A program made the position numbers and the translations under genes. Below, piece by piece: positions 1 to 11,120 of a stretch of 64,000 nucleotides of DNA (within the stretch, counting starts at the first letter, position 1; every line of letters starts with the position of its first letter). The notes beneath the pieces were generated by a model that did no database searches, was not told the origin of the DNA, and saw only the letters and a list, made by a program, of their open reading frames with translations. Where the stretch lies: assembly GCA_963735595.1 (NCBI GenBank), contig CAVTLK010000001.1:320001-384000 (forward strand), read 5' to 3'. The DNA comes from an uncultured delta proteobacterium (GTDB lineage: Bacteria > Desulfobacterota > Zymogenia > Zymogenales > Zymogenaceae).

Positions 1-749
1 TTGAGGCGTACGATATCCCCTATACCTTTTCTGACCCGCTCGTGCTCTCTCTTACCCTGCACAAGGGCATGACCAAGCACGTAATCAAGAATCTCGGGAT
101 ACCGACAGCTGATTTTGCCGTCGTTGAGACCCAACAGGACATCCGACGCGTCAACCTGCCGTTTCCGCTCCTGGCAAAACCGGTCGCGGAAGGGTCTGGA
201 AAGGGTATCGATGCCTTTTCTAGAATCACCAGCACGGAGGAACTTTATCACGTTTGCGAAAAACTCCTGAGAAACTACGATCAGCCCGTTCTTGTCGAGC
301 GGTTTCTGCCCGGTAGAGAGTTTACCGTCGGGATACTCGGGACAGGAAGCCAAACACGTTCAATTGGAGTCATTGAGGTCAAGCTCAACAATCAGGCGGA
401 GCCGGACGTCTATTCCTACCATAATAAGGAAAAATACGAAAAACTTGTCGACTACCGTCTCGTAACGGATGATACGGCGCGGGCCGCCGAACGGGTTGCC
501 CTGGCGGCGTGGGTCGGCCTCGGTTGCCGGGACGCCGGCAGACTTGACATCCGATGCGACAACGACGGGATTCCGAATTTCATAGAGGTCAACCCCCTCG
601 CGGGAATCAATCCGGATCGCTCTGACCTTTGTATTATCGCGGGCCTCGTCGGTATCTCCTATCAGGAGCTGATCGATTCTATCCTGACATCGGCAATGAG
701 CCGGGTTCTTCCTCAAGAACACTATCTTAAAGGGGCGGCCCATGCGTAG
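1..749 (+). CDS. D-alanine--D-alanine ligase-like ATP-grasp protein (5' end outside the window)
   Basis: Frame is open from the window start (EAYDIPYTFSDPL). Motifs: KPVAEGSGKGI, VERFLPGREFTVG, GCRDAGRLDIR, FIEVNPLAG. Confidence 0.85.
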   Translation, partial: EAYDIPYTFSDPLVLSLTLHKGMTKHVIKNLGIPTADFAVVETQQDIRRVNLPFPLLAKPVAEGSGKGIDAFSRITSTEELYHVCEKLLRNYDQPVLVERFLPGREFTVGILGTGSQTRSIGVIEVKLNNQAEPDVYSYHNKEKYEKLVDYRLVTDDTARAAERVALAAWVGLGCRDAGRLDIRCDNDGIPNFIEVNPLAGINPDRSDLCIIAGLVGISYQELIDSILTSAMSRVLPQEHYLKGAAHA

Positions 750-1770
750 AAAGATAATCGGCATTGCCCATAACGTACCGGTGAACATCGGCGAGGAATT
801 CTGCGAAGCCTCTCTGGATGTCCTTACTCAGGTGGAGGCGCTCGAAAATTCCCTTTCAGCGCTGGGTTACATTCCGGTCCGTATCCCTTTTACCAGGGAT
901 GCAAAAACCTTTATCGGGACGATAGAACAACACCATTGCGAAATGGTATTCAATCTCTGTGAGACGGTTGACGAAAATCCCCAGCTGGCCTGGCATCCGG
1001 CCGCTTTACTCGAACTTATCGGTATCCCGTTTTCCGGGTCGCCGTCGTCGGCCCTTATGCTTACGACCGATAAGCTTCTGACTAAGCAGCTCTTGAAAAC
1101 GAGCGGCATCAAAACCCCGACATGGAGGGTATTTGATGGGATGAATAAGTATTATCGAAACGGCATCCACTACCCGGCGCTCGTCAAACCGCGATTCGAA
1201 GACGCCAGTATCGGAATCGATCAGGAGTCCATCTTCCCTGATGGAAAGACGCTCGCAAAGAAACTTGATGATCTTTCCGCTCGTTTCGGGAGCCTCTTGA
1301 TCGAGGAATATATCGAGGGCAGGGAGTTCAACGTATCGGTCTTCGGTTATCCGTATCCGAGGGTGCTTTCTCCGGCGGAGATCGAGTTCGTCGATTTTCC
1401 CGAGAACATCTATCGGATCGTCGGCTATCGTGCCAAGTGGGATAAGAACTCTTTCGAGTACCATAACACGCCCCGCTCGTTTCCGACCGACCTCCCGGAG
1501 TTTCTGATGAGAGGGATCGAAAAGACCGCCCTTGAGTGCTGTCGCGTATTCATGCTGCGCGACTATGCAAGGGTGGATATGCGGATCGATAGCGAGGGAA
1601 ATATCTACGTTCTCGAGATCAACGCCAATCCCTGTCTCTCTCCGGACGCTGGATTTCCCGCGGCAGTTGATTTTTCGGGGATAAACTATCGCGATATGGT
1701 GGAGCGATTCGTCAATTTCATGATCCAACGGTCCGAAGGTTATGCACATCAGGCCTTACAACTCGCGTGA
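742..1770 (+). CDS. second Ddl-like ATP-grasp protein
   Basis: Motifs VFNLCE, GIPFSGS, KPRFEDASIGI, EEYIEGREFNV, RDYARVDMR, LEINANP. Overlaps the upstream gene. Confidence 0.85.
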   Translation: MRRKIIGIAHNVPVNIGEEFCEASLDVLTQVEALENSLSALGYIPVRIPFTRDAKTFIGTIEQHHCEMVFNLCETVDENPQLAWHPAALLELIGIPFSGSPSSALMLTTDKLLTKQLLKTSGIKTPTWRVFDGMNKYYRNGIHYPALVKPRFEDASIGIDQESIFPDGKTLAKKLDDLSARFGSLLIEEYIEGREFNVSVFGYPYPRVLSPAEIEFVDFPENIYRIVGYRAKWDKNSFEYHNTPRSFPTDLPEFLMRGIEKTALECCRVFMLRDYARVDMRIDSEGNIYVLEINANPCLSPDAGFPAAVDFSGINYRDMVERFVNFMIQRSEGYAHQALQLA

Positions 1771-2214
1771 CAGGGAATATATTCGCGCTATCCTGGATGC
1801 CAGCCGGACGTTTACGGCAGAGGAAGTTGCCGTTGCTCTCGAAGTCATTGATGACGCGGTAAGCCGTCCGCAATCGGACGATTATACTATTTGCTGTGCT
1901 GAGAACGATCGGGGAAATGTCGTTGGATATATTTGCTTCGGCCCGATTCCCATGACCGATCGGTGTTACGATCTATACTGGATATGCGTTGATCGTGAGC
2001 GTAAGAAAAAAGGTATTGGCTCATCGCTCATCCTGGCGATGGAATCGGACCTGATGAAAAGGGGTGCACGGCATGCTACATCGATACGTCATCAACCCCC
2101 CCCTATGACGAAGCACGCTCGTTTTATGAGAGACACGCGTACCGCGTGGTATCCGTGTCTCCTGATTTCTATAGCGAGGGAGACGATAAGGTCGTCTACC
2201 GCAAGGTTTTCTAA
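1742..2214 (+). CDS. GNAT family N-acetyltransferase (frameshift near 2075)
   Basis: YDLYWICV..RKKKGIGSSL acetyl-CoA motif. An alternative frame continues YIDTSSTPPYDEARSFYER...DFYSEGDDKVVYRKVF to TAA at 2214. Confidence 0.8.
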
Positions 2215-2317
2215 GCGATGATGGCTCGCCGATTGCCTTTAGGCGCTCGTAGTGCTATGATCAAGCAACTTGGAGTGTACGATTAGTTTCTGGTAAGAAA
2301 AGAGGCCCTTCTTTCCC

Positions 2318-3574
2318 TTGGGTAAGACTGTCTCCATCATTACATTAGGCTGCAAGGTTAATTTCACCGACAGCCAGCAGATTGCCGAAGCATTGAGAGA
2401 TCGAGGATTCGCGGTGGTGTTTGACGGTGCGTATGCGGATATCTCAATTGTCAATACATGCACCGTTACGGCCAGGGCTGACTATCAATCGCGTCAGCAG
2501 ATACGCCGCGCAGCCCGCGCTACCCGGAATACGCCCGTTGTTGTCACAGGGTGCGCCTCGTCGGTGTTTCCCGAACGAATACTGGATGCCTCTCCGGGCG
2601 CGGTCATCGTACCTTCGGACAATCGAGAAGGCATCGTGGACATCGTTTCGTCCCTTATCGGCGTTCCGGAAACACCCCAGTCGGATCCATCAACGGTAAC
2701 ACGTACCCGGGCCTTTTTGAAAATACAGGAAGGGTGCAACGCCGGATGCACCTATTGTATAGTACCCCGAGCAAGGGGAAGGGAAAGCAGCAAACCACCG
2801 GACGAAGTGTTGGCTAAATTATCTGACCTTGTTGACACGGGGATTAAGGAAGATCGTTCTGTCGGTATTCATCTCGGCAGGTACGGAAACGATCTTAATG
2901 GACAATCGTCACGCTGGCCGGCCTCATTGGGCTTATCGAGGATTCGATCTCTGGGGTTCGCGTTCGCTTTCGTCGATCGAACCTATGGAACTTACCGATG
3001 AGTTGCTGGCACAGCGGCCGAAGCCGCCTTATCGTTCCTCACCTTCATATTCCGTTACAGAGCGGCGATGATTCAATTCTTAGAGTCAATGGGCCGACCA
3101 TATCGTCGACATGATATCGAAAGGGTAATCGAAAATTCGCTAACCGTTTTAAGATCCGTCCGTCGGGATCGACGTAATGGTTGGATTCCCCGGTGAAGGA
3201 GATCGGGAGTTTCCAATACGATCGACTTGGTCCGTTCGTTGCCGGTTACGTTATTTCCATGTATTTCCCTTTTCGAATAGGCCGAATACGCGGGCGTTCA
3301 CTATGAGCGGTCACGTCCCATCGGACTAAAGAGAACGCGGGCACGGATCGCCCGGGAGATGGGAATGAAGAAAGAAGGGAGAATATATCTTCCGTAATGT
3401 GGCAAGGGTTCTCACGGTACTTGCTGAGTCGCACGATAACGGAATCGTCCGAGGCAAGTCCGAGAACTATCTTGACGTTTATTTTCCGGGCGACCGGAGG
3501 ATCTGAATTCTTTTGTTTCGGTAGTCATTGAACGTCCGTTCCGCGAGGGAGCTTATGGTCGCCGATCAATCTGA
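2318..3574 (+). CDS. mtaB: tRNA methylthiotransferase MtaB-like (several frameshifts)
   Basis: TLGCKVN, VNTCTVT, VTGC and LKIQEGCNAGCTYCIVP in the ORF. PHLHIPLQSG and GFPGE occur in other frames downstream. Confidence 0.8.
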
Positions 3575-4227
3575 TCTTGAGCGAAGTATCGGGTACCATT
3601 TTAATGACGGCCGCCTTCTCACTATCGCGCTTAACACATGCCTCTCATTATGAGCCGACGGGGGGGTATTGGGAATGACCGTATGGAGTTTATCGGCGAC
3701 GCGGTCATTGATCTCGCCGTAGCCGATATGCTTTATGAGCTCCATCCCGAAAGGGACGAGGGTTGGCTCACTCAGATGCGCTCTCGTCTCGTTGACGAAG
3801 GAATGCCTGGCATCAAGGCCCGTGAGCTTAACTCGGTGATTTATAATTCTTGGAAAGGGGAGGCAGAAGGCGGGAGGTTCGGGAGAAATCGTCCATCCTG
3901 TCCGGGGCCTATGAGGCATTGATGGGAGCGGTTTTCCTCGATGGCGGATATGATGTCTGTAAGGCAGTAATTGAACGTATTTCGGAGAGATCGAAGACCT
4001 TACCGATGATATTTATCCGAAAGAATTACAAATCCCTATTACAGGAACGCCTTCAGAAAGACGGCATGGGTCTTCCCCAATACGAGGTTACGGAAATCTC
4101 CGGCCCGGATCACGACCGCGTGTTTTCCGTATCGGTTTTTATTGACGGGCGGCAATGGGGGAGAGGAAACGGCAGAAGCAAAAAGGAAGCGGAGCAACAG
4201 GCCGCCCGGGACGCACTGGAGAAATGA
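3555..4227 (+). CDS. rnc: ribonuclease III (frameshifted)
   Basis: Starts MVADQSDLERSIGYHF..ALTHAS. Signature NDRMEFIGDAV, then AYEALMGAVFLDGG and dsRBD NYKSLLQE...GRSKKEAEQQAA. Confidence 0.9.
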
Positions 4228-5250
4228 AAAGACTCAAACGTTTTATTGTCCCGATCTTTATTCCGCATGAGGGGTGCCGATTTCACTGTGTCTTCTGTGA
4301 CCAGCATGACGTCACGGGCGAGGAAGATCGCCGATTACGCCGAAGGAAGTACGGGATATTGTATTCAGATATCGGGAGACGAGCCCTCAGTGGCGTGGAG
4401 AGCGTGAGCTTGCGTTCTTTCGGAGGAAGCTTTACGATGCTGCGCTGCAACGGCGGCAGGAAGACCTCCTCGGCGTCGGTAAAGGACTGATTACGGCTGG
4501 AATCGTTGACACCCTACGTGTATCGACACGACCGGACGCCATAGATGAAACGGTCTTGGATCGACTTACATGCGATTCGGCGTGAAAACCGTGGAGATCG
4601 GCATACAGACGATGAATGACGCGCGTATTGAGAAATTCACAACGCGGACATACCGTCTCGGATTCCATCAAGGCGGCGCGTCTTCTTTCGACACTGAATA
4701 TCGAATGGATCGCCCAGATAATGCCGGGACTACCGGGGATACCGAAGAGACGATAATCGAAACCGCATTTCGGGTGGCCGATCTATCGCCCAATGGCGTG
4801 CGGATATACCCGGCATTGGTATTATCCGGTACCGGGATGGACCGTATGTATCGACGGGGAGAGTACAATCCCCTGTCGCTTGACCATACGGTGGATATAG
4901 TCAAAAACATGACGATGATCTTTGAATCGCGATCGATACCGATCATACGGATCGGCCTGTGCCCATCGATTGAGCTGGAACGACGGATCGTGGCGGGACC
5001 ATATCATCCGGCGCTTGGCTCCCTTGTATACGAGAGCCGCCTGCTTGACACAATGATTAGCTGCGGTAAGACGAGACGGGAATATCGATAAAATACGATC
5101 GTTATACGTGTTAATCCTCGGGACGTATCGGCGCGCCGTCGGCGCCGGCAGATCGTCGATCAAAAAGCTTGAACAACGCTATCCCGGGAGACGGTTTGCG
5201 ATTAGGCCGATCATTCGGTTGGACGCGGGAGGGTACATACCATTGGGATT
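4224..5250 (+). CDS. Elp3-like radical SAM protein (frameshifted, 3' end approximate)
   Basis: PIFIPHEGCRFHCVFCDQ (CxxxCxxC), FGGSFT, STRPD, VEIGIQTM, RIYPALVLSGT, IRIGL, AGPYHPA. Confidence 0.75.
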
Positions 5251-6145
5251 TAAATCGGGATTTGTGGCTATTATCGGAAAGGCCAACGTCGGCAAGTCGA
5301 CGCTCTTCAATACGCTTCTGGGGCAGAAGATCTCCATTACGTCTAAAAAACCCCAGACTACCCGCAATCGGATACTGGACGTTTATAACGAACGGGAATG
5401 TCAGATCGTATTTATCGATACACCGGGGATCCACAGATCCAACCGGAGCACCGGCCTCAATCGGTTTATGAACAGGACGGCCCTTTCCGCCCAGGGAGGA
5501 TGCCGACATCGTTGCGGTCATGATCGAGGCGTACATCGTCGTTTGATGATCTCGACGAGGATATCATTCACGGATTATCCGACACTAAAATCACCGGTCC
5601 TTCTTCTTATAAACAAGATCGATTCGATTAATAGAACCCTTTCTGTTACCACTGATCGATAGGGTGCGTGGGCTTTCTTCTTTCCATTCGATAGTGCCGA
5701 TATCGGCACTTCAGGGGAGATGGGGTAGGGGATTTATGACGGAAATCAAGGGGCTTCTCCCCGAGGGACAGCCTTATTTCCCCGAGGATACACTAACGGA
5801 TCAGACCGAGCGGTTTATTGTTGCGGAAATTATCAGGGAAAAGATCATCACCCTGACTCGACAAGAGCTGCCCTATTCGACGGCCGTCGTTGTCGATGAG
5901 TTCAAGGAGGACGCCGAGACGAGACCTGCTGTCTGTATCGCTGCCACGGTCTTCGTAGAGAAGGATTCACAGAAGGGGATCATGATTGGCAAGGGGAGGG
6001 GGCCTCATAAAGAATATAGGGACGGCGGCTCGCAAGGATATCGAGGTATTCTTCGATACGCACGTGTTTCCTAGATCTCAAGGTAAAGGTATTGAAAGAT
6101 TGGGCCAAAAACGATGATACAATCGGACGACTCGGATATAGATAG
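5243..6145 (+). CDS. era: GTPase Era (frameshifted)
   Basis: GGGAGG RBS before a TTG start. [52 protein letters not shown]. Confidence 0.9.
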
Positions 6146-6150
6146 ATGAT

Positions 6151-7472
6151 ATGCCCAAGAAAAAAATCATAGCTATAGTCGGCAGGCCGAACGTCGGTAA
6201 ATCGACACTATTCAATCGGCTTCTCGGAAAGAATAAATCCATCGTCGAGAACTTTCCCGGAGTCACCAGGGATCGGCTTTATGCGGACGCACGCTATAAC
6301 GATTCGGAATATATTCTTACAGATACCGGCGGATTGTTACCCGGGACCGAATCGGACGTAACGTACGGCGTCCACACGATGGCCGAAATCGCCGTACAGA
6401 GAGGCCGATGCCGTTATATTTCTGATGGACGTACGCGAAGGTCTTTCCCCTGTCGACAGTGAGATATACACGTATCTTGCTCAGGGAGGGAAAACGGATC
6501 TATCCCATAGTCAACAAGGTCGACGGACCAAGACAGGATAATGACGTATTTGAATTCTACGCCCTCGGTGCGCCAAAGGTTTATTCGGTCTCCGCTCAGC
6601 ATAAGCGCGGTATCGACGAACTCATGGAAGACGTTATAGTCGATATTGCATCTTCCGGGGATGATACGCATGGCAATGATGGTATCACGAAGATCGCCAT
6701 CGTCGGCAGGCCAAACGTTGGTAAGTCATCGCTACTCAACAAGATCCTCGGATTCGATCGCGTTTTGGTGAGCGAAATTCCCGGTACAACCCGTGATCCG
6801 GTCGATTCCCTCGTCTCCCGTGACGGGACCCCGTATCTCTTTATCGATACGGCCGGAATACGAAGAAAAAGCAGGATATTTCAGCGCATTGAGCGATTCA
6901 GTGTACTCATGTCTTTCAAAAGCATCGATCGCTCCGACATAACGCTTCTCATGCTCGACGGCGTCGAGGGGCCAACCGATCAGGACGCGAAGGTCGCGGG
7001 ATTTATCCACGAAAAGGGTAAGGGTGTTGTCATTGTCGTCAATAAATGGGATCTGGTAAAAAAGGGAGAAATGAGCGCAAAAGACTACACCCTCCGGTTG
7101 CGTGAGGATCTCGTGGAAATTGCATATGCGCCGGTTGTATTTACCTCGGCGGTTACCGGGAAGAATATTCATCATATATTTTCAGCGATAGACGCGGTTC
7201 TTAAGGAACGCACCAAACGCATCGGCACCGGTGAGCTGAATGCATTTATACAGGAAATGAAGAACCACCACAGCCCGGGCGTTTTTAGGGGTAGGGAGGT
7301 CAAACTATTTTACGCAACTCAAGTCAGCAGCGCGCCTGCCACATTTCTCGTATTTACTAACTATCCCAAGGGGATTACGAAAAATTATGAGCGCTATATG
7401 CTCAATCGCCTCCGGGAAAGATACGGTTTAACGGGAAACCCCGTTCGTTTGGTATTTAAGGGAAGGCAGTAA
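6151..7472 (+). CDS. der: ribosome biogenesis double GTPase Der/EngA (frameshift near 6400-6460)
   Basis: Two GRPNVGKS P-loops, GVTRD and GTTRD, DTGG and DTAG, NKVD and NKWD, KH-like C-terminus. Confidence 0.93.
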
Positions 7473-7498
7473 CGATATGAAATAAAGTAAGAAATATC

Positions 7499-7527
7499 TT
7501 GACAAATGTCTTAAATGGCTTTAAATT
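7499..7527 (+). promoter_or_regulatory. sigma70-type promoter for the lipoprotein-LIV operon
   Basis: TTGACA (7499-7504), 17 nt spacer, TAAATT (7522-7527) in an AT-rich intergenic region. Confidence 0.65.
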
Positions 7528-7579
7528 ACCTATTTAAAATTGGCTCTTTTTTAATTTCGTTCCATTAGGAGGTACTAGA

Positions 7580-7746
7580 ATGGAGACTCTCAAGAGCATC
7601 AGGTCGCTTGGTATAGCGATTGTCCTGACCCTTTCTCTCGTGTTTGTTCTGTCCGCGTGCAAAAGAAGGCTGAGTACGTTCCCACGCCGGTTGCTCCGAT
7701 GACCCCCGCAACGGAAATTCCTACCCCGGCCGCGCCGGTTGAATAG
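7580..7746 (+). CDS. small Pro/Thr/Ala-rich lipoprotein, about 55 aa (1-nt deletion after the lipobox)
   Basis: AGGAGG RBS, METLKSIRSLGIAIVLTLSLVFVLSA-C lipobox, then in a shifted frame KKAEYVPTPVAPMTPATEIPTPAAPVE-stop. Length is 167 nt, one short of 56 codons. Confidence 0.6.
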
Positions 7747-7790
7747 TTAGGAATATCACGTGTGTCATCCTTTAAGGAGGTTTTAATACC

Positions 7791-8964
7791 ATGGGAAACA
7801 TGAGGAGCCTTAAGGTCGTTATTATTCTCACGGCCTCTGGCGTTGTCGCTTGCCTTTATGGCGGTTGGCTGTAAGAAACCGCGAACAGGCGAAACCGGCG
7901 AGACTATTAAGATCGGTCTTGCGGCTCCGATGTCGGGGACGCAGCTGCCTACGGCGAGATCGTCAAGAACGGCGCAATGATGAAGATTGATGAGATTAAT
8001 GCGGCCGGTGGAATTGACGGAAAGATGCTGGAACTTGTTGTTGGTGATGAGCGATGTGATCCCAAGGAAGCGGCGGCAGTTGCCCAGAATTTCGTAAGCA
8101 ATGCTGAGATCGTCGCAATCGTCGGTCACGTCTGCAGCTCCGCGATGCTCGCCGCCATCCCGATCTATGACGTTGCGGGTCCGGCCGTTATTTCGCCGAC
8201 CTGCACCAACGTCAATATCGGAACGGCGAGCCTGAATCGTTGGTCATTCCGTGACGTTTATCGTGATGATTTCCAGGGAGAATTTCTTGCTAAATACTCC
8301 AAGGAAGTCCTTGGTCTCAAGAAGGTTGCTATCTTCTACGATACCAATGACTACGCAATCGGTCTGAAGGACGCCTTCGAGGCTGCGGCCAAAGAGATCG
8401 GACTTGAGGTCGTGGGCACGGAAGCCTACACGGGCGACACCATTGACTTTGCACCGCAGCTGACCAAATTCAAAGAGCTCGCGCCCGACGGTATTTTTAT
8501 CGCCGGATATTATGAGAAAGGTGGACTTAATCCTCTCTCAGGCGCAGAAACTTGGCATTAAGGCGCAGTTTATGGGGGCCGACGGCCTTAATAATCCTGA
8601 GCTGATTAACATTGCCAAGGAAGCTGCCGAAGGCTTCATTGCAAGCACTCCGTTTATTTTTGAGGCAAACGAAGCCGGGATGAAGTTCAAGGCTGATTTC
8701 GAAGCCAAGTACAGCGTAACTCCCGACTGGATGGCGGCCAACTCTTACGACTGCGTGGCAATTCTCGCAGACGTTATTTCAAAGGTTGGGACCGACCGTA
8801 ATGCTATCAGAGATGGACTGCAGGCAATGAATTCTCCCGAAACCGGTTACAATGGTCTGACGGGCGTCACCTATTTCGATGAGAACGGTGACTGTCAGAA
8901 ACCCGCTTACGTGGCCGTGGTCAAGGATGGCAATTTCGTTGCTGCTGAAAAACAGATGAAGTAA
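7791..8964 (+). CDS. livK: LIV/HAAT-family ABC substrate-binding lipoprotein (frameshifted)
   Basis: AAGGAGG RBS, AVGC lipobox, IKIGLAAPM, EINAAGGIDGK, IVGHVCSS, GLTGVTYFDENGD. Confidence 0.85.
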
Positions 8965-8983
8965 TTCTCTTTATGGGAGAAGG

Positions 8984-9016
8984 TGGGGGAGGGGTATGAC
9001 CCTCCCCCAGTTTTTT
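8984..9016 (+). terminator. intercistronic G/C-tract hairpin with U-tract after livK
   Basis: TGGGGGAGGG-gtatga-CCCTCCCCCA followed by G and T6. Confidence 0.65.
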
Positions 9017-9034
9017 ACTCGGGCAGGGAACTGG

Positions 9035-9944
9035 ATGTTTTTCCAACAACTCATCAACGGTCTGACTCTCGGAGGCATTTATGCCCTTATAGCCGTCGGT
9101 TATACAATGGTATACGGCATTATAGAGCTCATCAACTTCGCCCACGGTGAGATATATATGTTGGGTGCGTATCTCGCCTTCACCTGTGTCGCAATTTTCG
9201 GCCTCCCTTTCCCCTCCGCCATTGTTATCAGCGTCTGTTCATGTCGCGTTATTCGGCATATTCCTTGAATTTATCGCCTATCGTCCGTTGAGAAAAGCTC
9301 CCCGTTTGGCGGCCCTCATTACGGCTATTGGGGCGTCTCTGTTTCTTCAAAACGTTGCCCTCCTAATCTGGGGCGGGCGTTTAAAATCATATCCTTCAAA
9401 TACGCTGCCGCCTTTCTTTGAAGACGTTGCAGTTTCCCTTTTCAAAAACAGTGACAACCTGAACCAGATTGATATCTCCTGGCTGCAATTATCCATAATC
9501 GTCGTTACGATCCTCCTCATGATTGGACTTCACCTCCTGATTACCAGGACTCGAATCGGTACCGCCATGCGGGCCTGCGCTCAGGATAAGGTAACTGCCT
9601 CTCTCATGGGAATTAATGTGAATAGAGTTATATCCTTTACGTTCGCCGTCGGCTCTGGTCTTGGTGCGGTTGCCGGGATTATCGTCGGCATATACTACAA
9701 CGCCATTTTCGCTATGATGGGATATACGGCGGGCGTCAAGGCATTCGCTGCGGCCGTACTCGGGGGAATCGGTAACATTCCGGGCGCCATGCTGGGCGGC
9801 TTCGTCCTCGGCGTAGCCGAGACTTTCGGCGCCGGCTACATCTCTTCCGGCTACCGGGACGGTCTTTCCTACGCGCTCATGATCATCGTGATAATCTTTA
9901 GACCTTCAGGATTATTGGGACGCAAACAGGTAGTAAAGGTATAG
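9035..9944 (+). CDS. livH: LIV ABC permease LivH-like (frameshift near 9240)
   Basis: QQLINGLTLGGIYALIAVGYTMVYG..INFAHGE, AMRACAQD, KAFAAAVLGGIG. Confidence 0.9.
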
Positions 9945-9948
9945 ACGG

Positions 9949-11117
9949 ATGCTACGGAAAATCCCTCGATATAGTATTTTCAAGGATAAGCTCTCCAACG
10001 CCTTCTCTAAGAATATCAAATATGTCTATGGCGCCTTATTCGTTCTTATATTTTTCGTTCCTCTTCTGCCTATAAACAACTACGTAATACATCTATGTAC
10101 GTATGTGATGATGTATATCGTCCTCTCATTAGGCTTGAATATTCTTCCCGGTTTTACCGGACTTCTTGACCTCGGGATATGTTGGGATTTTACGGTATCG
10201 GCGCATATACCGCGGGTCTCTAACCCTCAAGTGCGCCTCGATGGGCCCCCCGTGGGATATCCTGGCCAGCTACTGGCTGATTATTCCGTTTGCCGCGCTC
10301 AACGGCGGCCTTGTCCGGACTTCTCCTCGGCGCGCCGACGCTCCGTTTGACCGGCGACTATTTTGCAATTGTAACCTTCGGTTTTGCAGAGCTGGTTGTT
10401 CTGATCATTGTCAACGAGATGTGGCTAACGAGGGGCCAATGGGTTTACCCGGAATAGCACCCCCATCCTTAGACTTGTCATTTTTGTTTCCCGCTTACTC
10501 ACTATTTTAACCCCGAGCCGATACGATATGTCTTCAGCGGCGAGATACCGTTTTTCTATCTTATCCTGGTTATGCTGGCCGTTACGGTTTTCCTTATGGG
10601 GCGGCTGGAGGATTCCCGTGTGGGAAGGGCTTGGCTTGCAATCAGAGAGGACGAGGTTGCGGCGGAATGCAGCGGAATCAATATCATGAAATATAAACTG
10701 ATAGCATTCGCTGTCAGTGCCTCAATTGGGGCCGTCGCCGGTTCCTTCTTCGCCCGCTGGTACAGCTTTATCTCGCCGGTTAGTTTCAAATTCTGGGAGT
10801 CTATTCTTATCCTCTGTATGGTCGTACTCGGAGGTATGGGAAGCATTCCAGGGGTAATCCTCGGTGCTACATGTCTCATCTCACTTTCCGAAATTCTCAG
10901 GAAGGTCCTGGAACCATGGCCCGAACTTGTACAGGCCCGGTATGCATTATTCGGCATCATACTTATTATCATGATGCGTTTTAAACCGGCGGGGCTCATC
11001 CCGGTTTCGCGAGTCAAGCGTGAAATGGGACCTCACGACAAGGCAATCGTCGAAGCGATGAACGAAAGCTTCTATACAGTAACTCACGAAGATGAACGAA
11101 TTAGTAAGCAGAAATAG
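9949..11117 (+). CDS. livM: LIV ABC permease LivM-like (several frameshifts)
   Basis: LGLNILPGFTGLLDLG, GDYFAIVTFGF, SRVGRAWLAIREDEVAA, MVVLGGMGS. Confidence 0.85.
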
Positions 11118-11120
11118 CAG

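Noticed and set aside
5108..5662. Apparent N-terminally extended Era, or a radical SAM-Era fusion
   Set aside because: An RBS and TTG at 5243 give a normal Era start. The extension is the frameshifted tail of the upstream gene.
2318..7472. Programmed frameshifting or pseudogene status for mtaB, rnc, era and der
   Set aside because: There are several indels per gene, no consistent slippery site, and the genes are essential with intact motifs. Assembly error is far more likely.
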